DNA from: Oscillospiraceae bacterium
GTDB taxonomy: Bacteria; Bacillota; Clostridia; Oscillospirales; Ruminococcaceae
Direction: 5' to 3'
Length of the DNA stretch: 64,000 bases
NCBI GenBank assembly: GCA_016288755.1
Contig: JAEELE010000074.1
Span: 32,711-96,710 of the forward strand
Translations under genes and position numbers: made by a program
Shown here: in pieces, positions 26,477 to 34,810 of the stretch
Layout: every line of letters begins with the position of its first letter
Position numbering within the stretch: position 1 is the stretch's first letter
Notes under the pieces: model-generated
Database searches by the model: none
What the model saw: the letters and a program-made list of their open reading frames with translations, nothing else
Told to the model about the DNA's origin: nothing

Positions 26477-27856
26477 TCACTGAAAGCGTATGACGATGAC
26501 ATTGAACGCTTCCTCCGTCATCAGCGACGCCTTTGCCCCGCCGACAAGTTCATACCCGTCCCCGCTATTCAGCAGCGCATTCTTTGCTGTTTCAAACACA
26601 CTGCGGTTTGCACAGCGGAACTCGAAAATATCGCCGTTCCGTTTTTTGCGCATCATCTTCTGCAGTGCCTCCGGCGAATACCGCTCAAGATACAGCCCGT
26701 TCTGCACATAATAGTTATACCTTGTCCCCCGGCAGTCCGGCACAAAGATCACATCATCTGCATACCTGCGGCTTCTGAGCATCTCCTCCGTTGTGATCAT
26801 GCAGTAGCAGTGTGTCATCCGGTCCTGATGCCGGTCACGCACCGCTTCGGAGGTGGGGTCATCATGCGTGAGGTCAATATAGTAGAACTCGTCGCCGAGC
26901 TGCACATAATTCCATGCGTGAACTCCGCCCGACTTCATGACCCCGCCGATAAAGCCGCAGCTGATCCCGAGCCGATGCATCAGAATCTGAAAGCCGCGGG
27001 TATACCCCGCACAGACCGCTTTCCCCTCCACCAGACAGCCGTATGCGCCAAACGCATGCGGATATTTGGTGAGACAGTCGTCGTGGCCATCCCCGTATCT
27101 GTATGCTTCATAGTGATATTCACAGTGATTTGCAATATAATCGTGGATCCAGATCATCTGATCGTAGATGCGGGGGCAGGCGCGGGCAGCATTCAGGATC
27201 TCCGTGATTTTCTGCTCCAGACGTCGTTTCTTCTCCGGGACAAGGCTGATGTCAAAGAATGTGCTGACCGTCAGCGTGGTCTTCATGTCCCGCACGACGT
27301 AGGAAGCGCCGCCGTTCATCCAGAAGATTTCGGGATGGTCGTCGCGGATATAACGGACCAGCTCAGCGGCTCGTTCCGGTTCAGAGTAGCCGAGCGAAAA
27401 GGTCGTTTTCATTTCCAGAATATTCCGGAGAATGATGCTGTACAGCTGCTTTTCCGAATCCGGCAGCGTTTCATAATTGAATCTGCGGACATTCCCCGGA
27501 CGGACCAAAGCGGCGAGCTCATCCGCGGCGGGAGGTGCGGGCGCTTTTGTGATGCCGCTCAGGATATTCTGCACAGCTGCGCCGTCGGATAACGCCCTGA
27601 TCACAGCTTCGCCCTTCCCTGTGCCGCTGCCGGATGATGCCGGTACGGGGCGTGAAGCTCCCGGAGCGGGTTTTGAAGCACCCGGTGCGGATTTGGAAGC
27701 CCCCGGAGCGGGACGTGAATCACCCGGTGTGGCTTTTGATGCTCCCGGAGCGGAGTCGGAGGGCTTCGGCGGATTGTTGTTCTGTGTCGGTTTCTTTCTG
27801 GATGCAATCAACAGGAACAAACCGAAGCACATTATGACGCCGATCACAAATACCAT
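26477..27856 (-). CDS. Membrane-anchored transglutaminase-like cysteine protease domain protein
   Basis: The ATG at 27856 follows GGAGGAATGG. An N-terminal TM helix, then Pro-rich PGASK repeats. Transglutaminase core with Cys...His...Asp context (GKAVCAGYTRGFQILMHRLG ... GGVHAWNYVQL ... YIDLTHDD). Confidence 0.75.
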   Translation of the reverse strand: MVFVIGVIMCFGLFLLIASRKKPTQNNNPPKPSDSAPGASKATPGDSRPAPGASKSAPGASKPAPGASRPVPASSGSGTGKGEAVIRALSDGAAVQNILSGITKAPAPPAADELAALVRPGNVRRFNYETLPDSEKQLYSIILRNILEMKTTFSLGYSEPERAAELVRYIRDDHPEIFWMNGGASYVVRDMKTTLTVSTFFDISLVPEKKRRLEQKITEILNAARACPRIYDQMIWIHDYIANHCEYHYEAYRYGDGHDDCLTKYPHAFGAYGCLVEGKAVCAGYTRGFQILMHRLGISCGFIGGVMKSGGVHAWNYVQLGDEFYYIDLTHDDPTSEAVRDRHQDRMTHCYCMITTEEMLRSRRYADDVIFVPDCRGTRYNYYVQNGLYLERYSPEALQKMMRKKRNGDIFEFRCANRSVFETAKNALLNSGDGYELVGGAKASLMTEEAFNVIVIRFQ

Positions 27857-27943
27857 GTTTCCATTCCTCCATGCAATACCGGCGCCGCGCCGTGATAGTT
27901 CGGTCGGGACGCACAAAGCCGAATCTGCGTGCGGATTGTTTTC

Positions 27944-29008
27944 TCACGCCTTCAGCGCGTTGACCACAAAGATAATCAGGCAGAAAGTCACCATCGACAG
28001 GAATCCGATATTGATGCAGGCAGTTTTGAACTGTTTATCCTGCGGCAGACGAATCAGCGGCGCCTCCAGATGAATTTTTTTGCGGTTGACGATCAGAACA
28101 ATGATGCCCGCGATTGCAACGGAATAGATCACGGCATCGTAGATCAGGAACGGGATCAGCTTGGGCAGCAGCTTCATTGCCTCGCTGATATCGCCGGACG
28201 CAATGCTCCGGATGCGCTCCCAACCGATGTTCCGCATCAGAGTGCCCGCAACGACTGAGCTGAGCGTGTTGATCGCCATGTGCAGAAAAATCGTGTTGAG
28301 GATGTTGCCGGTGCGCAGGTAGATATACGCAAAGAACATGCCGAGCATCGCGGCATAGAAAAACTGCGTGAAATTGCCGTGATACAGCCCGAACAGAATT
28401 CCCGAAAGCAGAATCGCCGTGCCTTCGCCGTATTTGCGGATTCGGTCGATCAGCACCTTGCGGAAAAGCATTTCCTCGACGATCGGTGCTCCGAATGCCG
28501 CGGCAAGCGTGAATAAGCCGTAGCCCTCGCTTGAGAAGCCGGTCTGCAGGAAGTCCGTACCGGTCTCGATATGGAAAAGCGCGCTGATGATATATGTCAC
28601 GACCGCACCTGCCAGCGCGCCGGTGACTGCCATGCCCTCACTCATGCAGAAGCACAGAAGCCACTGCCAGAAGCCCAGCTTATGCCGCGGCGGCTTTGAT
28701 GCAGCTATGGGCTTTGAGAGCAGCAGATACAGCGGAAATGAGATCAGGTACATGATGCCGAAATGTACCGCATACCGGACGGTGTTCGACAGCTTGTCGA
28801 CCGGGTGCCCGGTGAGCTGCAGCATCAGCGTGACCGCAAAAATCAGCGCCTCGCCGATGACGGCATAGAGCGCCAGATTCAGCATCGTGCGCGAATAGGT
28901 GCGGCGTGCAAACGGAACCGCCTCAGGGTGCTCCTGCAATTCCGGCGGCGTGCCCGGAGTCTCCGGCGGCTGCACGGGCTCAAGGCTGACATTGGTGTTT
29001 TCGTCCAT
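27944..29008 (-). CDS. CPBP family intramembrane glutamic endopeptidase (CAAX protease/Abi)
   Basis: 354 aa polytopic protein. Motifs EEMLFRKVL, LFGLYHGNF and FLHMAINT. Confidence 0.85.
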   Translation of the reverse strand: MDENTNVSLEPVQPPETPGTPPELQEHPEAVPFARRTYSRTMLNLALYAVIGEALIFAVTLMLQLTGHPVDKLSNTVRYAVHFGIMYLISFPLYLLLSKPIAASKPPRHKLGFWQWLLCFCMSEGMAVTGALAGAVVTYIISALFHIETGTDFLQTGFSSEGYGLFTLAAAFGAPIVEEMLFRKVLIDRIRKYGEGTAILLSGILFGLYHGNFTQFFYAAMLGMFFAYIYLRTGNILNTIFLHMAINTLSSVVAGTLMRNIGWERIRSIASGDISEAMKLLPKLIPFLIYDAVIYSVAIAGIIVLIVNRKKIHLEAPLIRLPQDKQFKTACINIGFLSMVTFCLIIFVVNALKA

Positions 29009-29017
29009 AATACCTCC

Positions 29018-29048
29018 AAAAAAGCAGCGGCATCGGAATGCCGCTGCT
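29018..29048 (-). terminator. Intrinsic terminator after the Pro-rich repeat protein gene
   Basis: The minus strand reads AGCAGCGGCAT-tccg-ATGCCGCTGCT followed by TTTTTT, which runs directly into the GGAGGT SD of the CPBP gene. Confidence 0.75.
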
Positions 29049-29062
29049 CTTGTCTGAACAGA

Positions 29063-31255
29063 TTATTTCTTGCCCTTACCGACAAAAGCACCGGTGGAAG
29101 GATCAATGCCGCGCGCACGGAGCTGCTGCTCAAACTGCGCATTGATCTTATCGAGCTTCTTGCGGCGCTTTGCCTCGGCAGCGGTGACAGGACCGGTCTG
29201 CTCGGGATCCTTGGGCTTCGGCGCCGACTTCTTCTTCGCCTTCTTCTCCGGCACGCGGTACTCGGTGAAGTGCACGACCGGACCGTCGTCCGTCTTCTTC
29301 TTGGAGGGGTCCTGAATACCCATCGTGTCCATCAGCTGCTCCAGATCAAGCACGGGAGCACCGGCGCCTGCCTGCGGGATGCCCGAGGCGCCGCCGACAA
29401 ACGGGGTCTTGGGCTGCTCAGGCGGTGCGCTGTAGACCGGCTCGGTGATCGGGATCGGGTTGCCGAGTGCGTCATAGGTCTGGAAGATCTGGTGACCATC
29501 TGCGCCGTAGCCGACAAACAGCGGCGTCGGGGCAGAGGGGTCGGGATTGCTGCGTGCAGCCGGCACGGAGAAGAGGCTGTGCTGCTGTGCGGAGGGCTGC
29601 TGCGGAGCTGCAGGCGCCGTCGGAACGCTCAGAACCGGTGCGGCGGGCTGCTGCGGCACACCGTAGCCCTGCTGCGGCGCAGCGGGAAGCGGTGCGGTCG
29701 GCACAGTCGGTGCGACGGTGCCCGGGAATGCGCCGTTCGGTGCAGCCGTGACCGGTGCTGCCGGAACCGGTGCGGTCGGCACCTCGAGCACGGGAACGCC
29801 TGCCTGCACACCGGTCGGCGCCGTCGGAACGGTCGGCACTGCGAATGCGGGTGCCTGCGGCGCGGTCGGGACGGTCGGGACGGTCAGTTCGGGCAGACCG
29901 GCTGCCTCTGCGGGAGAGGTCGGGACCGTCGGCACAGCGATCTCGGGGAAATCGTCGGCAGGAGCGCCCGGCATCACGAGGATGTCGTCAAGGTCGTCGG
30001 AGATCGGTGCGCCTGCCGGACGGCTGAACGCATCCAGCCCCTCGGCAGCGGGTGTCGGCGTGACGTCGACGATATCGGGAGCAGCCGCGCCGGGGAATGC
30101 AGATACGGGAACCTCATCGGGAACCTGAACACCGGAGCCGCCGTTGAAGATGCTGTCAGCCAGTGCATCGAATCCGGAACCGGGTGCACCGGGAACGCCG
30201 GTCGGCACGGTCGGGATCGCAAACTGCGAAAGCACATCGTCTGCGGGAGCCGGGGTCGGCGCGGCGGAGGGCATCGCGCCCGGAACGCCCGTCGGCACGG
30301 TCGGGATCGCAAACTGCGAGAGCACATCGTCTGCGGGAGCCGGAGCCGGGGTCGGCGCGGCGGAGGGCATCGCGCCCGGAACGCCCGTCGGCACGGTCGG
30401 GATCGCAAACTGCGAAAGCACATCGTCTGCGGGAGCCGGAGCCGGGGTCGGCGCGGCGGCAGGCATCACGCCCGGAACGCCCGTCGGCACGGTCGGGATC
30501 GCGAACTGCGAAAGCACATCGTCTGCAGGAGCCGGAGCCGGGGTCGGCGCGGCGGCAGGCATCACGCCCGGAACGCCCGTCGGCACGGTCGGGATCGCAA
30601 ACTGCGAAAGCACATCGCCGCCCGGAGCGGGTGCCGGGGTCGGCTGCGGCGTCGGTACGCCCGTCGGCACGGTCGGGATCGCGAACTGCGACAGCACATC
30701 GCCGGGTGCCGGAGACGGCATCACGCCGGGGATCGAGGTCGGAACGGTCGGAATACCGGTCGGCACGGGCGGGATCTGCTGAGCCGGAGACGGCATCGAA
30801 GCCGGGACGGTCGGAACCTCGGGCGGCGGCGCAACGATCGGCGCCTTTGCCTGCGCCTGAAGCTGCTGCTGCTGACGGCGCAGGGAGGGCGGGACATACT
30901 CTCCGCCTCTGCTGCCCGATGAGGACGGCGCGGAAGGAGACGGCAGGACAAGATCCTCGTCATCCTGATGATGCTTGGCGGCCGCACGCTCGCGCTTGCG
31001 CTCTTCCTTGAGCATCGCAGCCATTTCCTTGTTGTTTTCCCGGATCATCTTCTTTGCGATCACAGTCTTGCACTTTTCGCATTCGATGCGTGTGATCTGG
31101 GAAACATCGACGAGCTCACCGATCGTCGTGAAAGCACCGATGTTCTCAGGCTTTGTCAGGTTGATGCCGCATGCGGTTCTCTTCCCGCTCTCTGACGCAT
31201 GAACCTCCTTCGGGCGCCCGCCCTTGCCGGTTGATTGCAACAGGTCAACGTGCAT
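29063..31255 (-). CDS. Pro/Ala/Thr-rich repeat protein of unknown function
   Basis: 730 aa. ATG at 31255 lies 7 nt after GGAGGT. No signal peptide. N-terminal ~90 aa with Cys...CxxC (TACGINL...IECEKCKTV), then a charged KE-rich segment. Six tandem ~32 aa units (DDVLSQFAIPTVPTGVPGVMPAAAPTPAPAPA). Basic C-terminus. Confidence 0.8.
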   Translation of the reverse strand: MHVDLLQSTGKGGRPKEVHASESGKRTACGINLTKPENIGAFTTIGELVDVSQITRIECEKCKTVIAKKMIRENNKEMAAMLKEERKRERAAAKHHQDDEDLVLPSPSAPSSSGSRGGEYVPPSLRRQQQQLQAQAKAPIVAPPPEVPTVPASMPSPAQQIPPVPTGIPTVPTSIPGVMPSPAPGDVLSQFAIPTVPTGVPTPQPTPAPAPGGDVLSQFAIPTVPTGVPGVMPAAAPTPAPAPADDVLSQFAIPTVPTGVPGVMPAAAPTPAPAPADDVLSQFAIPTVPTGVPGAMPSAAPTPAPAPADDVLSQFAIPTVPTGVPGAMPSAAPTPAPADDVLSQFAIPTVPTGVPGAPGSGFDALADSIFNGGSGVQVPDEVPVSAFPGAAAPDIVDVTPTPAAEGLDAFSRPAGAPISDDLDDILVMPGAPADDFPEIAVPTVPTSPAEAAGLPELTVPTVPTAPQAPAFAVPTVPTAPTGVQAGVPVLEVPTAPVPAAPVTAAPNGAFPGTVAPTVPTAPLPAAPQQGYGVPQQPAAPVLSVPTAPAAPQQPSAQQHSLFSVPAARSNPDPSAPTPLFVGYGADGHQIFQTYDALGNPIPITEPVYSAPPEQPKTPFVGGASGIPQAGAGAPVLDLEQLMDTMGIQDPSKKKTDDGPVVHFTEYRVPEKKAKKKSAPKPKDPEQTGPVTAAEAKRRKKLDKINAQFEQQLRARGIDPSTGAFVGKGKK
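30186..30725. repeat. In-frame tandem DNA repeat, six units of 84-96 bp
   Basis: The anchor string ggaacgcc recurs at 30192, 30282, 30378, 30474 and 30570 (ggtacgcc at 30654). The central 96-bp units differ by only a few substitutions. Confidence 0.9.
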
Positions 31256-31351
31256 AAATCATACCTCCGAAGAGAATTGTTTCTCGGCGCCGCCACAGTC
31301 AAATGCCCCCAACTTCCCATCTGATGACGCGCCTAAAATATCACAAATATC

Positions 31352-31380
31352 ATTATACTACATTCCCGAAGAAAAATCAA
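31352..31380 (-). promoter_or_regulatory. Sigma-A type promoter of the Pro-rich protein gene
   Basis: Minus strand: TTGATT (31375-31380), 17 nt spacer, TATAAT (31352-31357), inside a ~300 bp AT-richer intergenic region. Confidence 0.6.
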
Positions 31381-31510
31381 CACATTTTAGGGGAAAATCG
31401 CAATTTTTGTCTAAGTTTTTGTGCATTACAGAAAAAACGGCACTACTTTTTGGCATTCATGACAGTTTTTTTGGCTTTTCCCGGGGCAAATCGGTCCCGA
31501 AACGGGCAAA

Positions 31511-31538
31511 AGAGGTCAGATTTTCCCCTCTGACCTCT
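31511..31538 (-). terminator. Terminator-like hairpin after the YesL-like gene
   Basis: AGAGGTCAGA-8 nt-TCTGACCTCT followed by TTTG on the minus strand. The T-run is short. Confidence 0.5.
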
Positions 31539-31553
31539 CCGAATTGCACAAAT

Positions 31554-32462
31554 TCACGAAATGACCTTTCCCTTTTTGCCGGATTTATTTTCGGTCGGCT
31601 GTTCGCTGCCGCCGCGGTCGGTGAACACACGTTCTTCATCCGGGACCGGCTCGTCCTCCTCGGGATTGGGCTCGCCGGAATCCTCGTAATACGGGTTGAT
31701 GACGAACCGCTGGATGACCGGATAGTTGACAAAGAGCACCAGATAGCCGATGAACGCCGCCGGGAAGAATGCGAACAGGAACATCAGATAGCTCGAGATC
31801 ATGAGCAGCAGCACGCAGAGCGCCAGAATCAGAATGATGCCGCCCAGCGTGATGAGGCACTGCTTGGGCGAAAGCGCCGCGAGCATGAAGGAATTTTTCA
31901 GCACGCTCCCCTTCTTCAGCGTGGTCGCCGCCTGCAGCGGGAAGATGAAAAAATTCATGAACAGCAGCATCAGCGCGACCGCCAGCGAGACCACAAACGG
32001 GATCCACACGGCATTCGTCTGATATTTCTGCGCCAGCTGCGGATAGATGAACCAGCCGCAGTAGACCGACGAGATCACGACCGCGTCGATCAGCCAATAC
32101 AGCAGTGCGGCGCCGAAATTCGAGGAGAAGCCCTTGCGGAATTCCTCGCCGAGAAAGAACGCCTTGTCCAGCACGATCAGCCGCAGCACGCGCGCCGAGC
32201 CTGCCATGATCGGACCCTCGATCACAAATTGCAGCACGAGCAGGAAAATGCACATCGGAACGGTCAGCCTGTTGTCGGTCTGAATATAGAAAATCATGGA
32301 GAGCAGCAGCGGCGAATGCAGCAGCGTAATCATCACGTTGAGCGATAACAGCTTGCCGATATTGCGCCAGAGCAGCTCCCAGAAGCGGAAAAACGGTTTC
32401 TTTTTCGGAGCGTAGGGGTTGATGCCGGGACCGGCATTCTGATAGCCTCCAAAGAGACCCAT
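31554..32462 (-). CDS. YesL-like (DUF624) membrane protein
   Basis: An internal ATG at 32462 follows AAAGGAAG within the 526-aa track ORF and gives 302 aa: MGLFGGYQNAGPGINPYAPKKKPFFRFWELLWRNIGKLLSLNVM..., with multiple TM segments. The upstream part of the track ORF overlaps the next gene in another frame. Confidence 0.65.
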   Translation of the reverse strand: MGLFGGYQNAGPGINPYAPKKKPFFRFWELLWRNIGKLLSLNVMITLLHSPLLLSMIFYIQTDNRLTVPMCIFLLVLQFVIEGPIMAGSARVLRLIVLDKAFFLGEEFRKGFSSNFGAALLYWLIDAVVISSVYCGWFIYPQLAQKYQTNAVWIPFVVSLAVALMLLFMNFFIFPLQAATTLKKGSVLKNSFMLAALSPKQCLITLGGIILILALCVLLLMISSYLMFLFAFFPAAFIGYLVLFVNYPVIQRFVINPYYEDSGEPNPEEDEPVPDEERVFTDRGGSEQPTENKSGKKGKVIS

Positions 32463-32485
32463 GTGTATACTTCCTTTCGGGTCGG

Positions 32486-33127
32486 TTATTGAATCAGCAG
32501 GCGGTCGCTGAGCAGCCAGACGAGCCAAGTGTGCAGCGCGCCCGCAATGAGCGTCAGCGGCAGGAGCAGCAGCATGCGCCGGAGCACCCCGCGCAGCACG
32601 TCGGCGACAGCGGGATCGGGCTTTGCACGCAGCAGATAGCCTGCAGTGCTGTGCGAGAGCCGCAGCGACGCCTGTGCCCCCTGCGTCAGAATCAGCGCGG
32701 ACAGAAAGCCAAAGGGCAGGACCATTCCCGCACAGGCGCAGAACGCGGTCTGGAGCGGATAGCTGAGAAAGCATTCCGCAGCGGCTGTCCCGAGCCCGAT
32801 GCCGCGCAGAAACAGCAGCAGCAGCGTCACAGGCTGCCCGAGTGCAGAGGTCCCGCTCAGCAGCATGAGCCAGAGCATCGCGAGCACCGGGCAGACCGCA
32901 TCGCGGCAGACATCCCAGAGCGTGCGCAGGCTGTCCGAGACTGCCATGCCCTGCTCCGCAATCGGGCGGAGCGTCTCCGGAAGATGCACCGAGAGTGCCG
33001 TTCCGGCGGCGATGCCTGAAAGCAGCACGAGCATCAGCAGACGCCCGGGGCTGAAATATTCCGCGGCAATGCCTGTCCCTCTGCGGCAGGAAAACGTGCG
33101 GTAAAAGAGCTGACTGACAGATTTCAT
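32486..33127 (-). CDS. spoIIM: Stage II sporulation protein M-like membrane protein
   Basis: 213 aa polytopic protein. The segment LMLLSGTSALGQPVTLLLLFLRGIGLGTAAA parallels B. subtilis SpoIIM [31 protein letters not shown] (recalled from memory). Confidence 0.55.
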   Translation of the reverse strand: MKSVSQLFYRTFSCRRGTGIAAEYFSPGRLLMLVLLSGIAAGTALSVHLPETLRPIAEQGMAVSDSLRTLWDVCRDAVCPVLAMLWLMLLSGTSALGQPVTLLLLFLRGIGLGTAAAECFLSYPLQTAFCACAGMVLPFGFLSALILTQGAQASLRLSHSTAGYLLRAKPDPAVADVLRGVLRRMLLLLPLTLIAGALHTWLVWLLSDRLLIQ

Positions 33128-33175
33128 TAGGCATCCCTCCGCTGTCAGTCTATGCGGCAGACGCCGGGAATATGC

Positions 33176-33982
33176 TTATTTGCCGCCGGAGAGCTCGTAT
33201 GCGCGGGCAGTGCACGCCTCGCAGCAGCTTTTCACGGTGTCGGTCAGATTCCCCGCATAGAGCCTGTCCAGACCGGCGAGCGTCGTGCCGCCGGGAGAGG
33301 AGACCATGCGGATCAGCTCGTCGACCGTTTTGCCCGAATCGGTCAGCATCTTCGCCGAGCCGACCATCGCCTGTGCAAAGAGCCGCAGTGCTGCACCCTC
33401 GTCCATGCCGACCGATGCGGCATAATCGAGAAAGCCCTTCGCGTAGAGATACAGAAATGCAGGGCTCGAGCTGTTGACCGCGATGACCTCGCGCATCTGT
33501 GCCTCAGGCACCTCCTCTGCGATGCCGCAGGTTGCGAACATCGCCTTTGCCAGTGCAAATTCGCCGTCGGTGATGCCCTCGCACTTTGCGAGCGCGGTCG
33601 CACCGAGACCGAGCATCAGCGGGGTGTTCGGCATGACCAGAATGACGCGCGCATCGGGAATCGTGTGCGAGCGGATGAATTCCGCAGAGATGCCCGCACA
33701 GATCGAGATGATGACCTGCTGTCTGCGCACGGAGAGTGCGTCGAGCACGCCGCCCAGCACCTGCGGCTTGACTGCCAGCACGAGAAAATCAACGGCATCG
33801 GCGAGCGCCTGTGCGCTCTCACAGCCCTGCACACCGATCTCCGTGAGGGCGGCGAGCTTGTCCGCGTCGGTGTCGAAGGCGAGAATCTCCCCGATCATGC
33901 CCGATTTGCAGATATCCGATGCGGCAATGCCCCGCATCATGGCGGTGCCCATGTTACCGGCACCCAAAAATCCGAGTTTCAT
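33176..33982 (-). CDS. proC: Pyrroline-5-carboxylate reductase
   Basis: 268 aa. MKLGFLGAGNMGTAM Rossmann motif and a C-terminal SPGGTTLAGL motif. Confidence 0.93.
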   Translation of the reverse strand: MKLGFLGAGNMGTAMMRGIAASDICKSGMIGEILAFDTDADKLAALTEIGVQGCESAQALADAVDFLVLAVKPQVLGGVLDALSVRRQQVIISICAGISAEFIRSHTIPDARVILVMPNTPLMLGLGATALAKCEGITDGEFALAKAMFATCGIAEEVPEAQMREVIAVNSSSPAFLYLYAKGFLDYAASVGMDEGAALRLFAQAMVGSAKMLTDSGKTVDELIRMVSSPGGTTLAGLDRLYAGNLTDTVKSCCEACTARAYELSGGK

Positions 33983-33997
33983 AGCAATTCTCCTAAA

Positions 33998-34594
33998 TTA
34001 CGCCGCAGTGCGTCTTTTCCCGAAGGTCTGCTCATAGGCTGCGAGCACGGCGGGCATCAGCAGCGTAATCAGCACGAGATCAAACGGCAGCTCTGCGACA
34101 TTTTTCAGCACGCGCGCTGCGATCGCCGCACCGACCGTGCGGTCGCTGAGAAAGCCGTAATGGAAATTCGCAGCGGTGTTGCAGACAAGATTGATGAGCA
34201 GCACGTCAATCAGGCGCGCGATGCAGACACGCAGCGTCACCTTGAAAAAGTATTTGCTGTCGGTGCGCTCTGTCAGCTTGCGGTAGGCGATCAGACCGTA
34301 GATCAGACCCTGTGCCATGCCGATCAGCGTATAGAGCGGAAAGAACGCGCCGTCCGGGGCAACCAGATAGCCCAGCACATCGCAGATGCCGCCCGCAAAC
34401 AGCGCCACTGCGGGACCGTAGAGCATTCCGATCGCGGCGATTGCGAGGAAAGCGAAGTTGATCTTGGCAAACCCCAGATTGATCGTAAATGCCTCGACGG
34501 TCATCGAGACCGCGATCAGCAGACCCGTGACGATGACATTGCGCAGATTTCTGAGCTCTGCGGCAGACTCCTTGAATGAACCGAAAATTTTCAT
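33998..34594 (-). CDS. folT: Folate-family ECF transporter S component
   Basis: 198 aa from the ATG at 34594, with about 5-6 TM segments. It lies directly downstream of a THF riboswitch. Confidence 0.75.
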   Translation of the reverse strand: MKIFGSFKESAAELRNLRNVIVTGLLIAVSMTVEAFTINLGFAKINFAFLAIAAIGMLYGPAVALFAGGICDVLGYLVAPDGAFFPLYTLIGMAQGLIYGLIAYRKLTERTDSKYFFKVTLRVCIARLIDVLLINLVCNTAANFHYGFLSDRTVGAAIAARVLKNVAELPFDLVLITLLMPAVLAAYEQTFGKRRTAA

Positions 34595-34636
34595 AAAAAA
34601 CACTCCTTTGCACAATACTGAATGCACAAAGGAGTG
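34595..34636 (-). terminator. Riboswitch expression-platform hairpin (terminator that also sequesters the SD)
   Basis: The minus strand reads CACUCCUUUGUGCA-loop-GUGCAAAGGAGUG, then UUUUUU, then AUG. The AAGGAG SD is in the 3' arm of the stem. Confidence 0.75.
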
Positions 34637-34647
34637 CTGATTCCCTT

Positions 34648-34778
34648 ATGCCTCAGCGGGATGCGGGGGTCCTACCGCAAGCACATGTCCCGATGCCCGG
34701 GCGCTGCGTGCTTTTCGTCCGCGCGGCAACTCCCCGTCCGCACGGCACTTTACGCAGGATCCTCTACTCTGACGCGGG
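34648..34778 (-). promoter_or_regulatory. THF (tetrahydrofolate) riboswitch aptamer
   Basis: The minus-strand RNA CAGAGUAGAGGAUCCUGCGUAAAGUGCCGUGCGGACGGGGAGUUGCCGCGCGGACGAAAAGCACGCAGCGCCCGG...GCAUCCCGCUGAGG matches the remembered THF-I pattern (AGAGUAG.UGAU.CGCGUUAAGUG...GGGA.GU...ACGAAGC...GCGC...GCAUCCGCUC). A folT context is typical. Confidence 0.8.
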
Positions 34779-34810
34779 TTTCCCCGCGCGGCATACAAAA
34801 TTGCAGTCGG

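Noticed and set aside
30186-30725. Possible CRISPR array or other spacer-repeat structure. Also considered for the ACC/ACG-rich poly-Thr linker DNA at ~14700-14780, 45880-45950 and 47825-47880
   Set aside because: The units are directly adjacent with no unique spacers, are in frame within coding sequences, and encode Pro-rich or poly-Thr segments. No cas genes are present.
28763-30922. 719-aa plus-strand ORF with striking RHGRDRKLR/GRRGG repeats
   Set aside because: Its repeats are simply the antisense reading of the 96-bp tandem repeat in the Pro-rich protein gene. It also overlaps the CPBP gene start and the intergenic terminator, and it has no SD.
31554-33134. 526-aa track ORF read as a single gene
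   Set aside because: Its first ~224 codons overlap the SpoIIM-like gene (32486..33127) in another frame and are Arg/Ala-rich. An internal ATG at 32462 with a good SD gives a coherent YesL-like membrane protein, so the short form is used.
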